NCBI GenBank assembly: GCA_030264375.1
Contig: JASCQW010000032.1
Coordinates: 38,575,229-38,639,228 of the forward strand
Origin: Carcharhinus longimanus
Taxonomy: Eukaryota
Direction: 5' to 3'
DNA: 64,000 nt
The notes below the pieces were generated by a model that worked only from the letters and a program-made list of their open reading frames with translations, searched no databases and was not told the DNA's origin. Positions 42,601-57,600 of this stretch are shown here, piece by piece (within the stretch, counting starts at the first letter, position 1; every line of letters begins with the position of its first letter). The position numbers and the translations under genes are program-made.

Positions 42601-45600
42601 TCTATGGTTGTGACATGGGGGCACCCTGAAGATGATGGTGGAAGTGAAATTGAAGGTTATATACTAGAGAAGCGAGACAAAGATGGAATCAGGTGGACCA
42701 AATGCAACAAAAAGAGGCTGAGTGATTTAAGGTTTAGAGCTACTGGTTTAACTGAAGGTCACTTCTATGAATTCCGTGTATCTGCTGAAAATGCTGCAGG
42801 CGTGGGTGAACCAAGTGAACCATCCATTTTCTACAGAGCTTGTGATGTAGTCTATCCTCCTGGTCCACCAAGCAATCCAAGGGTGATAGACACAACAAGA
42901 TCCACAGTAGCCCTTCTGTGGGGCAAGCCAATTTATGATGGTGGGGCTAAAATTAAGGGTTACACTGTCGAGGTGAATGAAGTGAACACTGACAGCTGGA
43001 TCACATGCACACCTCCAACAGGTGTGCAATCAACACATTTCACAGTAGAAAACTTGAAGGAGAACATTGAGTATAACGTTCGCATCTGTGCTATTAATTC
43101 AGGAGGAGTAGGAGAACCTGCCAATATCTCTGGGACAGTAATTGCAGCTGATAAGCTTGAGCCACCAGAAATTGAGCTAGATGCTAATCTCCGGAAGGTT
43201 GTGTCCGTACGTGCCAGTGGTACTTTGAGATTATTTGTCCCTATTAAAGGCAGACCAGAGCCAGAAGTAAAATGGGAAAAAGCTGAAGGTACTCTAAGTG
43301 AACGAGCCCAGATTGAAGTTACAAGCTCTTACACCATGCTGGTTATAGATAATGTCAACAGATTTCACAGTGGCAAGTATAATTTGACGTTGGAAAATAA
43401 CAGTGGTGTTAAATCTGCCTTTGTTAATGTCAGAGTCCTTGATTCACCAAGTGCTCCTGTGAACCTACACATAAGAGAAGTGAAGAAAGATTCAGTGACT
43501 GTATCATGGGAACCACCTCTTATTGATGGTGGGGCAAAGATCACCAATTACATTGTTGAAAAACGTGAATCTACCAGAAAGGCTTACGCTGCTGTTACCA
43601 ACAACTGTATTAAAAACACATTCAAAATTGATTCACTTCAAGAAGGTAGTATTTATTTCTTCCGTGTAATGGCAGTTAATGAGTATGGAATAGGCTTGGC
43701 AGCAGAGACTGCTGAGCCTGTCAAAGCATCTGAGGCCCCCTTACCTCCTGGCAAAGTGACACTGGTGGATATAACACGAAATAGTGCAACACTTACCTGG
43801 GAGAAACCTGAGCATGATGGAGGTAGCAAAATAACTTCGTACATTGTCCAAATGCAGACAAAGGGAAGTGAAAAATGGCTTTCATGTGCCCAGGTGAAAA
43901 CATTAGAAGCAACAGTGAAAGGACTTACCGCAGGTGAGGAATACACCTTTAGTGTAATCGCTGTGAATGAAAAAGGAAAGAGTGACCCAAGGCAGTTGGG
44001 AGTACCAGTGGTTGCAAAAGATGTCGAAATTGAGCCCTCTGTTGAACTTCTATTCAACAATTTTAGTGTAAAGGCTGGTGATGACCTCAAGATTGACATA
44101 CCATTTAGGGGAAGACCTTTGCCGACTGTGACTTGGAAGAAAGATGGGGAGTCTTTGAAACAGACAACACGAATAAATATTCAGACATCAAAGACATCAA
44201 CACTTCTTACCATCAAGGATGCCATAAAAGAAGATGTTGGAAAATATGAAGTAACTTTTTCAAATAGTGTAGGATCAAAAACTATCTTAATTACCATTAT
44301 TGTTCTTGACAAACCTGGACCACCTAGTTCCATTCATATCGATGAAGTCAGTTCTGAATATATAACTCTCTCTTGGAAAGCACCAGAGTATGATGGTGGT
44401 TGCCAAATTAACAATTACATTGTTGAAAAGAGAGATACCACTACAACTACATGGGAAACTGTATCTGCCACTGTAGCACGAACATCAATTAAAGTCATAC
44501 ACCTTACAGCAAAATGCGAATACCAGTTCCGTGTTTATGCAGAAAACCGATACGGCAAGAGTCACTATATTGACTCTCCCGCTGTTGTTGCAGAGTATCC
44601 ATTTAAACCACCTGGTCCTCCTTCAACTCCCATTGTTGCACATGCTACAAAAGGTTTTATGATTGTAAAGTGGAATGAACCAGTTGTTGATGGAGGTTCC
44701 AAAATCATAGGCTACCACCTTGAATGCAAAGAAAGAAGCAATATCTTGTGGACAAAGGTCAATCGGGCTCCTATAACTGACACAAAAATGAAAGTCACCG
44801 GCCTTGAAGAAGGACTGGCATATGAATATCGTGTGTATGCTGAAAACATTGCTGGTATTGGTAGACATAGTAAGATTTGTGAACCTGTTGCAGCAAGGGA
44901 CCCCTGTGATCCTCCAGGTCAACCTGAAGTAACATACATTACAAGAACCTCTGTTTCATTATCTTGGACCAAGCCGGAATATGATGGTGGTGCTAAAGTT
45001 ACTGGTTATATTATTGAATCTAAGGAGCTGCCTGATGGACGCTGGCTTAAGTGTAATTTTACTAATGTCCAGGAAACATATTTTGATGTTACTGGTCTGA
45101 CTGAAGATCAACGTTATGAATTCCATGTTATTGCAAAGAATGCTGCAGGGTTATTCAGTGAACCATCTGATTCAACAGGGCCCATTACTGTTAAGGATGA
45201 TATGGAAGCCCCAAGAATTATGATAGATGCCAAATTTAGAGACATTGTTATTAAGGCAGGTGAGACTGTCAAGGTTAATGCAGATATTGCGGGTCGTCCT
45301 CTTCCAGTGATATCATGGACAAAGGATGGTAAAGAGCTTGAAGGACAAGCTAGAGTTGAAATCCAATCAACTGACACCAACACTGCAATTATTATTAAGG
45401 ACTGTATTAGGCGAGATTCAGGGCAATATATTGTGACATTGCAGAATGTTGCAGGTACAAGATCCCTGGCTATTAACTGCAAGGTACTTGATAGACCAGG
45501 CCCACCCGCTGGTCCTTTGGAAATAACTGGTTGTACAGCTGAAAAGTGTTCACTGTCATGGGCACCTCCTCAAGAAAATGGAGGGGCAGAAATCGATCAC

Positions 45601-48600
45601 TATATTGTAGAAAAGCGTGAAACAAGTCGCCTTGCTTGGACTTGTGTAACAGAAAACGTACCAACAACATCATGTAAAGTGACTAAACTGCTTAAAGGTA
45701 ATGAGTATATTTTCAGAGTGATGGGAGTGAACAAGTATGGAGTTGGTGAAGCTTTAGAGAGTGAACCTATAAAAGCCATTGATCCATTCACAATTCCTGA
45801 TGCACCAAAATCAATAGAAATTACCAATGTTACAAAGAATACCATGACCATCTGCTGGGAAAGACCTGACAATGATGGCGGGAATCCAATTTCTGGATAT
45901 ATAATTGAGAAGCGAGAAAAGAATGGTTTACGCTGGACTCGAGTTACTAAGAAACCTGTGTATGATCTAAGAGTTAAAGCATCAGGGCTCCGTGAAGGTG
46001 CTGACTATGAATATCGTGTACATGCAGAAAATGCTGCTGGTGTTGGTCCTCCAAGTGAACCATCAGCATTTGTCCGTGCAGAAGATCCAGTTTTCATACC
46101 TTCTCCTCCATCCAAACCAAAAATTATTGATTCAGCAAAGACCAGCATTACTATTGCCTGGACAAGGCCATTGTTTGATGGTGGAGCACCTGTCACTGGA
46201 TACAATGTGGAATATAAAAATTCTGAAGATACTGAATGGACAACAGCAGTTCAGAATTTAAGAGGCACAGAATACACAGTACTTGGACTTACATCTGGAG
46301 CAGAGTATGTTTTCTGTGTACGATCAGTTAACAAAGTTGGTGTTAGTGAACCAAGTCAATCATCTGACCCACAGATTGCAAAAGAAAGAGAAGAGGAACC
46401 TGCATTTGATGTTGATAACGAAATGCGCAAAACTTTAATTGTCAAGGCTGGAAGTTCCTTTACGCTACCTGTGTCTTTTAGGGGAAAACCAGTGCCCAAT
46501 GTAATGTGGAGCAAACCTGATGTCGACCTCCGTGTAAGAGGAGCTATTGATACTAATGATTCATGTACCTCCTTAACAATAGAAAAAGCAACAAGGAATG
46601 ACTGTGGTAAATACACAGTAACACTGCAGAATGTCCTAGCTACTGCCACACTAACATTAGCTGTCAAGGTCCTGGATTCACCTGGACCTCCTGGCCCTAT
46701 TATTATAAAAGAAGTTACCAAGGCATCTGTAACGTTGTCCTGGGATGTACCAGAAAATGAAGGCGGTGCTCCAGTGAAGAATTATCATATTGAAAAACAT
46801 GAAGCTAGTAAGAAGGCATGGGTCACTGTAACAAACAACTGTAACCGTCTTACTTACAAAGTTAGCAACTTACAAGAAGGCGCCATTTACTACTTCCGTG
46901 TCCGGGGTGAAAATGAGTTTGGCATTGGTGTACCAGTTGAGAGCAAGGAAGACGTTAAAGTGACAGGTAATTTATCTATTTCTTACAATCTTTTGAACAT
47001 TTAATAATTAATTATGAACTATAATACTTTGCCATGTTGCAAAACATAGTGTTCATATTCTTCACATTATATCACAGCATTAGTAACAGAGCTTTACATA
47101 ATTTCCTAAGGGTTATGTGTTAGCAATTTCAGCTCAGGCTTTTATATAGCGATAAAGAAAAAGGCCTCTTTTTCCTCTTGACTCCACAGTAATGTTATAT
47201 CAAATTTTTGTTTTAAAAACTATTGGCAATCGTTGCTAGGTGCCAGTGGCTGCTGAATAATCCTGGGTGGAGCAATTCTGGCACAGGTTCACTTGTGTCA
47301 TGTCCAATTTTTCAAAGGGAGCTTGATCCAGCAATTAATAAATCTCATTTATATTTGTCAGGGGCCTAAAATAGTTTTTGACAGAGACATTTGAAATGAA
47401 GTTTGATGCGTAGAAACCACAGAATCCTGAAAGTGAAGAAGACCATTCAGCCCATCGATTCTGCATGATTCATCATGATTCTCTGAAAGAGCATTTTACC
47501 CAAGCCCAACCCCCGCACCTATCCCCGTAACCCTGTACATTTACGATGGCTAATTCACCTAACCTACAGATCTTTGGATACTAAGGGGCAATATGGCATG
47601 GCCAATCCACTGGATCTGCACATCTTTGCACTGGGTTGGATGTTATTTAGGTTGGAATTAATATTCAGAAAGTGAGGTCTACTTTTTATCTCATGATGCT
47701 ATAGAATGTGGGACATAGAGTTTCTCTTCTCATTCTGATTTAATTAACTCTCAATCTTGACCAGTTCATTTGGTGTAGATATCATGTGAATGAGGGGCGC
47801 ATCCAAAAGTGGAAAAACAAATATCTGCGAGTTTGTCAACCAGTTTTTTGTGAAATTTGTAGAAGTATAAAAATATTGAACACCAAGGAACATGTTTTCT
47901 GTTTGTGCTCTGAAATTGGGCATGTTTTATGGTTTGGAAAAATTAGGAAGGAAACCAAAGGAAATAACATAGAAGATAAAAATGAGAGAACTGTGTTAAG
48001 CATTCTACTTGTAAATTATTATATTATCGGCATTCTTAATTTAGGCATAGTATGATAAAATCTGGAAACTGCACCTGAAATTGACAGGCTAAGAAGTAAT
48101 ATTATTTATTTTTCCAGAAAAACCAAGTACACCTGAACGACTTGGAGTTACAAATGTTACCAAAGAGAGTGTTTCACTTGCTTGGTTGAAACCAGAACAT
48201 GATGGAGGCAGTAGGATCACAAGCTACCTCATAGAAGCCCTTGAAAAAGGCCAGCAAAAATGGATTAAATGTGCAATTGTGAAGACCACACACCATGTTA
48301 TACATGGTTTGAAGGAAAATGTTGACTATTTCTTCAGAGTATCTGCTGAAAATCAAGCCGGCCTAAGTGATCCAAAGGAAATGCTTCTGCCAGTAACAAT
48401 TAAAGAACAACTTGGTTAGTATTATTTATATTATAGTAATGACATTCTGTCAGACAAGCAGCTATAATTTACATGATTGGCCATTTTTTCATTTATTGCA
48501 GTTTAAGCTTTACAATTCATTTACAAAACCAAAACTGACATTTTTAAAATTTATTTCAGAGTCACCTGAAATTGACATGAAGAACTTTCCACACAACACT

Positions 48601-51582
48601 GTGTACGTTAGGGCTGGATCCAACCTAAAATTTGAAGTCCCAATATTTGGCAAGCCACAACCAAAAGTATCTTTGTCCAAAGATGGTGTACCTGTGAAGT
48701 CAACCATGAGATTTAACACAGAAATGACTTCGGAAAGCATGATCGTGAACCTGAAAGAAAGTGTTGCTGGTGACGCTGGTCGGTACGACATTACTGCTGC
48801 CAACTCCAGTGGAACCACAAAATCATTTGTTAATATTGTGGTGCTGGATAGACCTGGACCTCCAGTGGGCCCTGTAAATATTAGTGATGTTACTGAAGAT
48901 AGCGTAACGCTAAGATGGCAACCACCAACTTATGATGGTGGCAGTCAGGTAACAAATTACATTGTTTTGAAAAGGGAAACAAGCACTGCTGTGTGGTCAG
49001 AAGTGTCTGCTACTGCAGCCAGAAGCATAATCAAAGTTATGAAGCTGACTACTGGAGAGGAGTATCAGTTCCGCATCAAAGCTGAGAACCGCTTTGGAAT
49101 CAGTGACCACATCGACTCTAAATGCGTTGTTGTCAAACTACCATACAGTAAGTAACTTATTGAGCAATAAAATGAAATTGAATACAGCAAAAAAAATCAT
49201 TATTCATTTTATCGATTCACTATTCACACAGTTAACTGTATTTTCCAGCAACACCTGGACCTCCATCAACTCCATGGGTCACTCATGTCACCAGAGAGAG
49301 TATAACTGTAGGCTGGAATGAGCCAGTTTCTGATGGTGGAAACCAAGTGATTGGATATCATGTGGAGATGAAAGACAGGAACAGCATTTTGTGGCAGAAA
49401 GTTAATAAGACCATTGTCCGGACAACACACTTGAAGGTCACAAATATCAGTGGTGGACTTATCTATGAATTCCGTATATATGCAGAAAATGCCGCAGGCG
49501 TTGGCAAAGTCAGCCATCCTTCTGATCAAGTTCTTGCAATTGATCCTTGTGGTATGTATTCACTTAAATTGCCCTTAACTTCTATTTAAACAAAAGTAGA
49601 ATTGAATTATTGCTTAGATTAAGCCACTATTTGCATATATGATCAAATAATTACATTTTAATTCATGTTCATTTCTCAGAAATTCCAACAAATCTACATG
49701 TAAAAGATGTTACAAAGACCTCCGTAAGCCTCAGTTGGAAAAAACCAGCCTATGATGGTGGAAGCAAAATCACTGGCTATATTGTTGAAAAACGCGATTT
49801 GCCAAATGGAAGATGGACAAAAGCCAGCTTTACAAATGTTATTGAGACTCAGTTTACTGTCTCAGGCTTGACTCAAGATGCAAAGTACGAGTTCCGAGTA
49901 TTTGCAAAGAATGCAATTGGTTCAATAAGTAATCCATCTGAAGTTGTTGGACCTGTGATATGCCACGATACCTTTGGTAACTATTTCTTTCTGACCATAA
50001 TGTATCTACACATGAAGAATTACTTTGTGTGTAGGGCTTCTATTGATATCACTGTTGTTAATTTTGATTCATAGGTGCACCTGAAATTGACATGCCAATG
50101 GAATATTTAGATGTGGTCAAAGTTAAGGCTGATACATCTCTGAAGATTAAAGTTGGAATCTCTGGCAAGCCTCTACCATCCATTGATTGGTACAAAAATG
50201 GTAAAGAACTTGAGACAAGCTCTCAAGTCTCCTTGGAAAGCACAACTGACTCTGCAGCAGTAATAATCAAGGATGCCTCTCGGATCAACAGCGGAACCTA
50301 TGAAATCAAGCTTAAAAATGCCTTGGGCTCAGCATCAGGAACAATCAGACTACTCGTACTCGGTACGGTCTTGTGTGCTGATAAATTGAAGGCTTTTTTC
50401 CAATTGTACATTTTTCAGAAATTACCTGACACATTTCCTCTGTTTCACAGACAAACCTGGACCCCCAATTGGGCCTATACAATTCAAGACTGTTACAGCT
50501 CAGAAGATTACAATCACATGGACTGCTCCAACAGATGATGGTGGTGCACCGATCATGCACTATATTGTTGAAAAACGTGAGACAAGTCGAGTTGTCTGGA
50601 CTCTCGTTTCAGAGAAGTTGGAACATTCTATCATTACAGTACGAAATATCATCAAAGGCAATGAATATGTGTTCCGTGTCCGAGGTGTCAACAAGTATGG
50701 TATTGGTGATCCATTGGAATCTGATGCAGTCATTGCTAAGAATGCATTTGGTAAGATAACAACACCACTTTGTCCACTGGATGCTCTTCCTAATTGCTGC
50801 ATGAAGGATAATTTTTAAACTTCTCTTTTCAATAGTTACACCCGGGCAGCCATCCATGCCTGAAGCTACCATGATAACGAAAGAGACAATGACTATCATC
50901 TGGAAGAGGCCCACTGTTGATGGCGGCAGTGAAATCAATGGCTATATCTTGGAAAAACGTGAGAAAAAGAGTCTGCGATGGTTTAAGGTCCTTAAGGAAG
51001 CAATCCGTGACACCAGACAAAAGGTTTCTGGCCTTACAGAAGGAAATGAGTATCAGTACCGTGTGTGTTCTCTTAATGCAGCAGGAGCAGGCCCATTCTC
51101 TGAACCTTCTGAATTCTATAAAGCTGCTGATCCAATTGGTATGTAACAGTAATATGAAACGTTGAAATTTTGCAAACATTAAGTAATTGGCAACAATGCT
51201 TTACATGATCATACATTAAAATTTTCATTTTATTTTGCAGACCAACCTGGTCAACCGACTAAACTGAAGATTGTGGATAGTACTAAATCTTCCATCACTC
51301 TTGGCTGGACCAAACCTGTCTACGATGGTGGAAGCGTAATTACAAGCTATCTAGTGGAAATGAGGGAAGCTGAAGAAGAGCAATGGACAGTAGTTACTTC
51401 TAAGGGTGAAGTCAGAACCACAGAATATGTTGTGTCCCATTTAAAACATGGTGTAAACTATTACTTCCGTGTCAGCGCTCTTAACATTGCTGGTCATGGA
51501 GAACCAATTGAAATGGCAGAACCTGTACAAGCTAAAGATATACTCGGTAAGTTTATGATATTTAGAATGCATTGGAAAAGAA

Positions 51583-51613
<31 letters not shown>

Positions 51614-54600
51614 AATGTGTGTGTGTATACATACATACATATTTTATACACAGGCATATACTGGTAGATAAAAATGTTGACACTAACAGTTTGTCAGAGA
51701 TGTGACCTTTCCCATTACTGAGNNNNNNNNNNATCGATCGTGATGTTGCACTCAGAACTTCTATAACAGCAAAGACCGGTGAAGATGTAGAAATTATGAT
51801 ACCTTTCAAAGGCCGTCCTACTCCAAATGTCATCTGGAGAAAGGGTGAGAAAAATATAAATGCTGACGAAAGATATGTCATCCACAATACCGAGTCATCT
51901 ACAGTTCTCACTATTCCTGAGGTCACCCGTGAAGATTCCAGCAAGTACACTTTGACAATTGAAAATGGTGTTGGAGCACCCAAGTCAGCATTTGTAAATG
52001 TAAAAGTCCTTGCTTCTCCAGGACCTTGTCAGAAATTACATATTAAGCATGTAACCAGAGGCATTGTCACGTTAGTTTGGGAGCCACCTCTTATTAATGG
52101 CGGTGCTCAAATTACCAATTATGTCATTGAGAAAAGGGATGCAACAAAGAGAGCCTGGTCAAGTGTTACAACTAAATGTTCCAGCACAACATTCAAGATT
52201 ACCAAGTTGTCAGAAAAGAACGCATTCTTTTTCCGGGTACTAGCAGAGAATGAAAATGGATTGGGTGAACCATGTGAAACTTCAGAAGCAGTGAAAGCCA
52301 CAGAGGTACCAGGACCAATCAAAAATCTTGTGATGAAAGACTCAACAAAATCTTCTGTTGTGTTAGAATGGAGCAAACCTGACTATGATGGAGGTAGTCT
52401 AATTACAGAATATGTAATTGAAAAGAAATTAAAAGAAGATCAAGAATGGTCACCTGCTGGAACTTGCAAGGCCTGCATATTTGAAATTACCAAATTAAAG
52501 GAGTTAGCAGTAATGGAATTCCGGGTGTTCGCTAAAAACGAAAAGGGATTAAGTGATGGTGTTACCAGTAACCCTATCACTGTGAAAGATTATGTCATTA
52601 CACCTGAAGTAGACTTAAGTGACATACCAGGAGGACAAATAAGTGTAAGAATTGGACACAATGTACATGTTGAACTGCCATACAAAGGTAAACCACGACC
52701 AAGTATCAAATGGCAGAAAGATAATATTACATTAAAAGAAAGTGAACAAATCCGGTACACTAAAACAGAAAACAAAGCCATATTAAGTATTAAGAATGTT
52801 AAGAAAGAACATGGTGGGAAGTACACCTTAATTCTGGATAATGCAGTTTCCAGAAAGTCGTACAGCTTTACAGTAATTACATTGGGTCCTCCATCAAAGC
52901 CTATAGGACCAATTAGATTTGATGAAATCAAATCTGAAAGTATCATAATATCATGGGATGCTCCTCAAGATGATGGAGGAAGTGAGATTACATCGTACAG
53001 TGTTGAAAAACGTGAAACTTCACAAACCAATTGGAAACTGGTCTGTTCTAGTGTGGCCAAAACAACCTTTAAGGTCCTCAAACTGGTTAAAGATTTAGAG
53101 TATCAATTTAGAGTTTGTGCTGAAAATAGATATGGAGTAAGTCAGCCACTTACCTCAATGGCTGTTTTGGCAAAACATCAATTCAGGCTTCCTGGACCAC
53201 CTGGAAGACCTGTTGTATACAATATTACTTCTGATGGTATGACAATCTCATGGGATGCACCAGTGTATGATGGAGGTTCAGAAATCACCGGTTATCATGT
53301 TGAGAAGAAAGAAAGAAACAGCATCTTATGGCAAAAAGTAAATACATTGACAATTACTGGCAGAGAATACAGAATTTCAGGACTTATTGAGGGCCTGGAC
53401 TATCAATTCCGAGTTTATTCTGAAAATAGTGTTGGATTTAGCCCCGTTAGTGAGGCAAGCAAATTCACTTTGGCTGTCTCACCAGTTGGTAAGTAACTTA
53501 TTTTTGTAAAGTATAATACTGAATTCATCTTTGTGTTTACTTCTTTGTGCATCAGACCATGAAAGGTAATATTGATTATTTGTATACTTCCATCAGATCC
53601 ACCTGGTATGCCAGATTATATTGATCTGACAAGAGAAACTGTAACACTTAAGTGGGATCCACCACAACGTGATGGTGGAAGCAAGATTGTGGCTTATAGT
53701 GTTGAAAAGCGACAAGGAGGTGGACGTTGGCTGCGGTGCAACTTTATTGATATTTCTGAATGCCAATATACAGTATCAGGACTCAGCCCTGGTGATCGTT
53801 ATGAATTCCGTATAATTGCTAGGAATGCAGTTGGAACAGTCAGTCCACCTTCTCAATCATCAGGACACATCATGACAAGAGATGAAAGCGGTAAGTACTG
53901 AAAAAAGAACCTAACTATTGTATATACGGGATAGTAGATATTTATTATGTCTTTGAAGTTTTACTTAGTCAGTTTAACTTAGTATTTATTTAACACATCC
54001 TTTTACAGTTGCACCAACAATTGAATTTGGTGCTGAACACTTCGAAGGTGTGACAGTAAAAGCTGGTGACAGCATCCGGCTCAAGGTGCATATTAAAGGC
54101 CGTCCCCTGCCTCAGGTGACCTGGTATAAAGATGGAAAGGAAATTGACAAGAAATTGATGATTGATATCACGAATGTTATTGGGTCTAGTTCTGCCTTCG
54201 TTAGAGACAGCAATCGAGATCATCGTGGTATATACACTGTGGAAGCCAAGAATGCTTCAGGCACCAAGACAGCTGATATTCATATCAGAGTTCAAGGTAT
54301 TTGGAGGAAATTGACAGCTTGAAAACCTACTCTAAATTTTCTAAAGTTTATTTACTATTCTTGGTAATACAATTATTTTGGTTCTTGTTAGATCACTTGC
54401 ACGTCCCTAACACTTCTGGTTTTATTTAGATACCCCTGGACCACCGGTAGGACCTATTCGATTTAGCAACATTACAGGCGAGAAACTTACATTGTGGTGG
54501 ATTCCCCCCGATAATGATGGCTGTGCTGTTATTAGTCATTACGTGATTGAGAAACGAGAGACCAGTCGACTTTCTTGGGCATTGGTCAATGATACATGTG

Positions 54601-57600
54601 AAGCCTGCTCATACACCGTCACCAAACTGATTAAGGGGAATGAGTACCAGTTCCGTGTCTCGGCTGTCAACAAATTTGGCACTGGCAGACCAATAGATTC
54701 AGTGCCAGTTATTGCACAGACACCGTACAGTACGTGTGTTTCGCAATTTATAGTTTATATTTGTTAAGAGTTTTCCTCACATTTTTGTCAAACTTTTGCT
54801 GGTTATAACTTATCAAACCAGTCCTAATTAGATAACTTTTTTTTGTTTCACAGCTGTACCTAATGAACCTGGTACTCCAGAACCAACCAATGTTTCAGGA
54901 GAAACTATCACACTTACTTGGTCAAGGCCAACATCAGATGGAGGAAATGAAATTAACCACTACATCCTCGAACGGCGTGAGAAGAAGAGTATGCGATGGG
55001 TCAAGGTTTCTAGCAAAAGACCCATTACTGAAACCAGATACAAAGTTGCTAATCTTACAGAAGGAAATGAATATGAAGTCCGTGTCATGGCTGAAAATAA
55101 TGCTGGAGTCGGTCCTCCAAGTGGTATTTCCAGACTTATTAAATGTCGAGAACCAGTTAACCCACCAGGTGCTCCCACAGTTGTCAGAGTCACAGACACA
55201 ACAAAGACATCTGTAAGTTTGGAATGGACTAAGCCTGTCTTTGATGGTGGCATGGAAATTATTGGCTATATAATCGAGATGTGCAGAACTAGTCTTGAAG
55301 AGTGGCGTAAGGCCAACGTAGAAGCTTGTGTCAACACCAAATACACAGTTACTGACTTGGAACCTGGTGAAGAATATAAATTCCGTGTCTGTGCTGTTAA
55401 TGGTGCAGGAAAAGGAGACAGCTGTGAAGTTTCTGCTCCAGTACAAGCTATAGATAGGTTAACCTCACCTGAAATTGATATTGATGCCAGTTTCAAACAA
55501 ATACATATTGTTAAAGCTGGAGCTACAATTCAGCTGCAAGTTGCCTTCCAAGGCAGACCAGTTCCTATTGCCACCTGGAAGAAAGCAGGTTCTTCCATTG
55601 GAGTGCATGTTCATATTAATACAACAGACACAAGCAGTGTATTAATGGTGGAGAACTGCAATAGGTATGATGCTGGAAAATATACTCTTACTCTAGAAAA
55701 TAACAGTGGCAGCAAATCTATTACATTCACTGTTAAGGTACAAGACACTCCTGGTCCACCGGGACCAATTACCTTCAAAGATGTTACGAGAGGTTCTATT
55801 ACATTGATGTGGGATCCTCCTGTTCACGATGGAGGTTCACAAATTCATCATTATGTTGTGGAAAAGCGTGAAGCCAGCAGGCTTAGTTGGCAAGAAATTA
55901 GTGGAAAGTGCACTCGGCTGATCTACAGGGCACAAGAACTTGCAGAAGGAGTGCCATACTTCTTCCGTGTAATAGCAGAAAATGAATTTGGTCTTGGTGA
56001 GCCATACGAAATGACAGAACCTATAGTAGCCACCGAGGAGCCAGCCCCACCTAAGAGGCTAGATATTGTTGACACAGGCAGAACCTCTGCCGTCTTGGCT
56101 TGGTTGAAACCAGAGCACGATGGTGGCAGTCATATTACTGGTTATCTAGTGGAGATGAAGCAAAAAGGTTCAGATCACTGGGTTGAAGATGGTCACACCA
56201 AAGCCCTTACTATTACAGTTGATGGACTTGTTGAAAACACAGAATATGAGTTCCGTGTCAGAGCAAAGAACGATGCTGGCTACAGTTAACCAAGGGAGGC
56301 ATTTTCATCTGTTATTATTAAAGAACCACAGATAGAGCCTAAAGCAGATTTATCTGGAATCACCAATCAAACAATCACCTGCAAAACAGGCAGTGCCTTT
56401 ACTATAGATGTGCCTATTAGTGGACGTCCGGCTCCTAAGGTAATGTGGAAACTTGAGGAGATGAGACTTAAGGAAACTGAGAGAGTGAGTATCAAAACCA
56501 CAAAAGAGAGAACCACACTGACGGTAAAGGACACTATGCGAGGTGATTCTGGCAAATATTATTTGACACTTGAAAACACAGCAGGAGTCAAGACCTTCAG
56601 TGTAACTGTTAATGTTATTGGTCGACCGGGTCCAGTTACTGGTCCTGTAGAAATCACATCCATTTCAGCAGAGTCATGTGTACTGTCATGGGCAGAGCCC
56701 GAAGATGATGGTGGCACTGAAATTACCAACTACATTGTGGAAAAACGTGAATCTGGTACTAGTGCCTGGCAGCTCATCAATTCCAGTGTAAAACGTACTC
56801 AGATTAAAGTTACTCACTTGACAAAGTATATGGAATACAGCTTCCGAGTCTGTTCAGAGAACAGATTTGGTGTCAGCAAACCTTTGGAATCAGCACCTGT
56901 GGTTGCTGAACATCCATTTGGTAAGTGAAAAAACGCAAACCATTTTGTAGTGCTTTTGTTTAAACATGCACCTAAAGAATGAGATCTGACAACAAAAAAC
57001 TTGCTAATTTTGTTTTTTGGTTATTATGTAGTTCCACCAAGCCCACCAACCAGACCAGAAGTATATTTTGTATCTGCCACTGCTATGTCTATTCGATGGG
57101 AAGAGCCATACCATGATGGTGGCAGCAAAGTTACAGGGTATTGGATTGAAAAGAAAGAACGTAACAGCATTCTCTGGGTAAAAGAAAACAAAATACCATG
57201 CATTGATTGCCATTACAAAATATCCACTCTAGTGGAAGGCTTGGAATACCAGTTTAGAGTTTATGCAATGAATACTGCTGGCTTGAGTAAAGCTAGTGAA
57301 GCTTCTAGACTAGTAATGGCTCAGAACCCTGTTGGTAAGTACATACATAAGTGGAAGAAAAAGTATTATATTTTTGCAATTATACTTTTCTATATTTGCA
57401 AATAGTTACAAATTGAAATTTAACTTTACTTTTGTTTGAATTTATAAAGATCCTCCAGGTCAACCAGAAGTAACAGATGTTAATAAATCTTCAGTTTCAA
57501 TAAAATGGACTGTACCAATGTATGATGGTGGAAGTAAGATTATTGGATACATCGTGGAACGTAAACCTTATCATGAAGCTGGGGATGGTCGCTGGCTAAA

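Noticed and set aside
30071-46721. Dozens of 60-190 aa minus-strand and off-frame ORFs over titin exons
   Set aside because: Shadows of the titin frame that recur with the super-repeat period (GGPG, NSYS mirror motifs); no independent domain signature
29869-46966. Bacterial giant adhesin or CRISPR-like repeat system
   Set aside because: Spliceosomal introns, vertebrate retroposons and titin-specific super-repeats; no repeat-spacer arrays
14524-56289. TAA reassignment or selenocysteine-like recoding
   Set aside because: The two TAAs would need different residues (Ser, Glu); each is one base from the expected codon; Sec uses TGA
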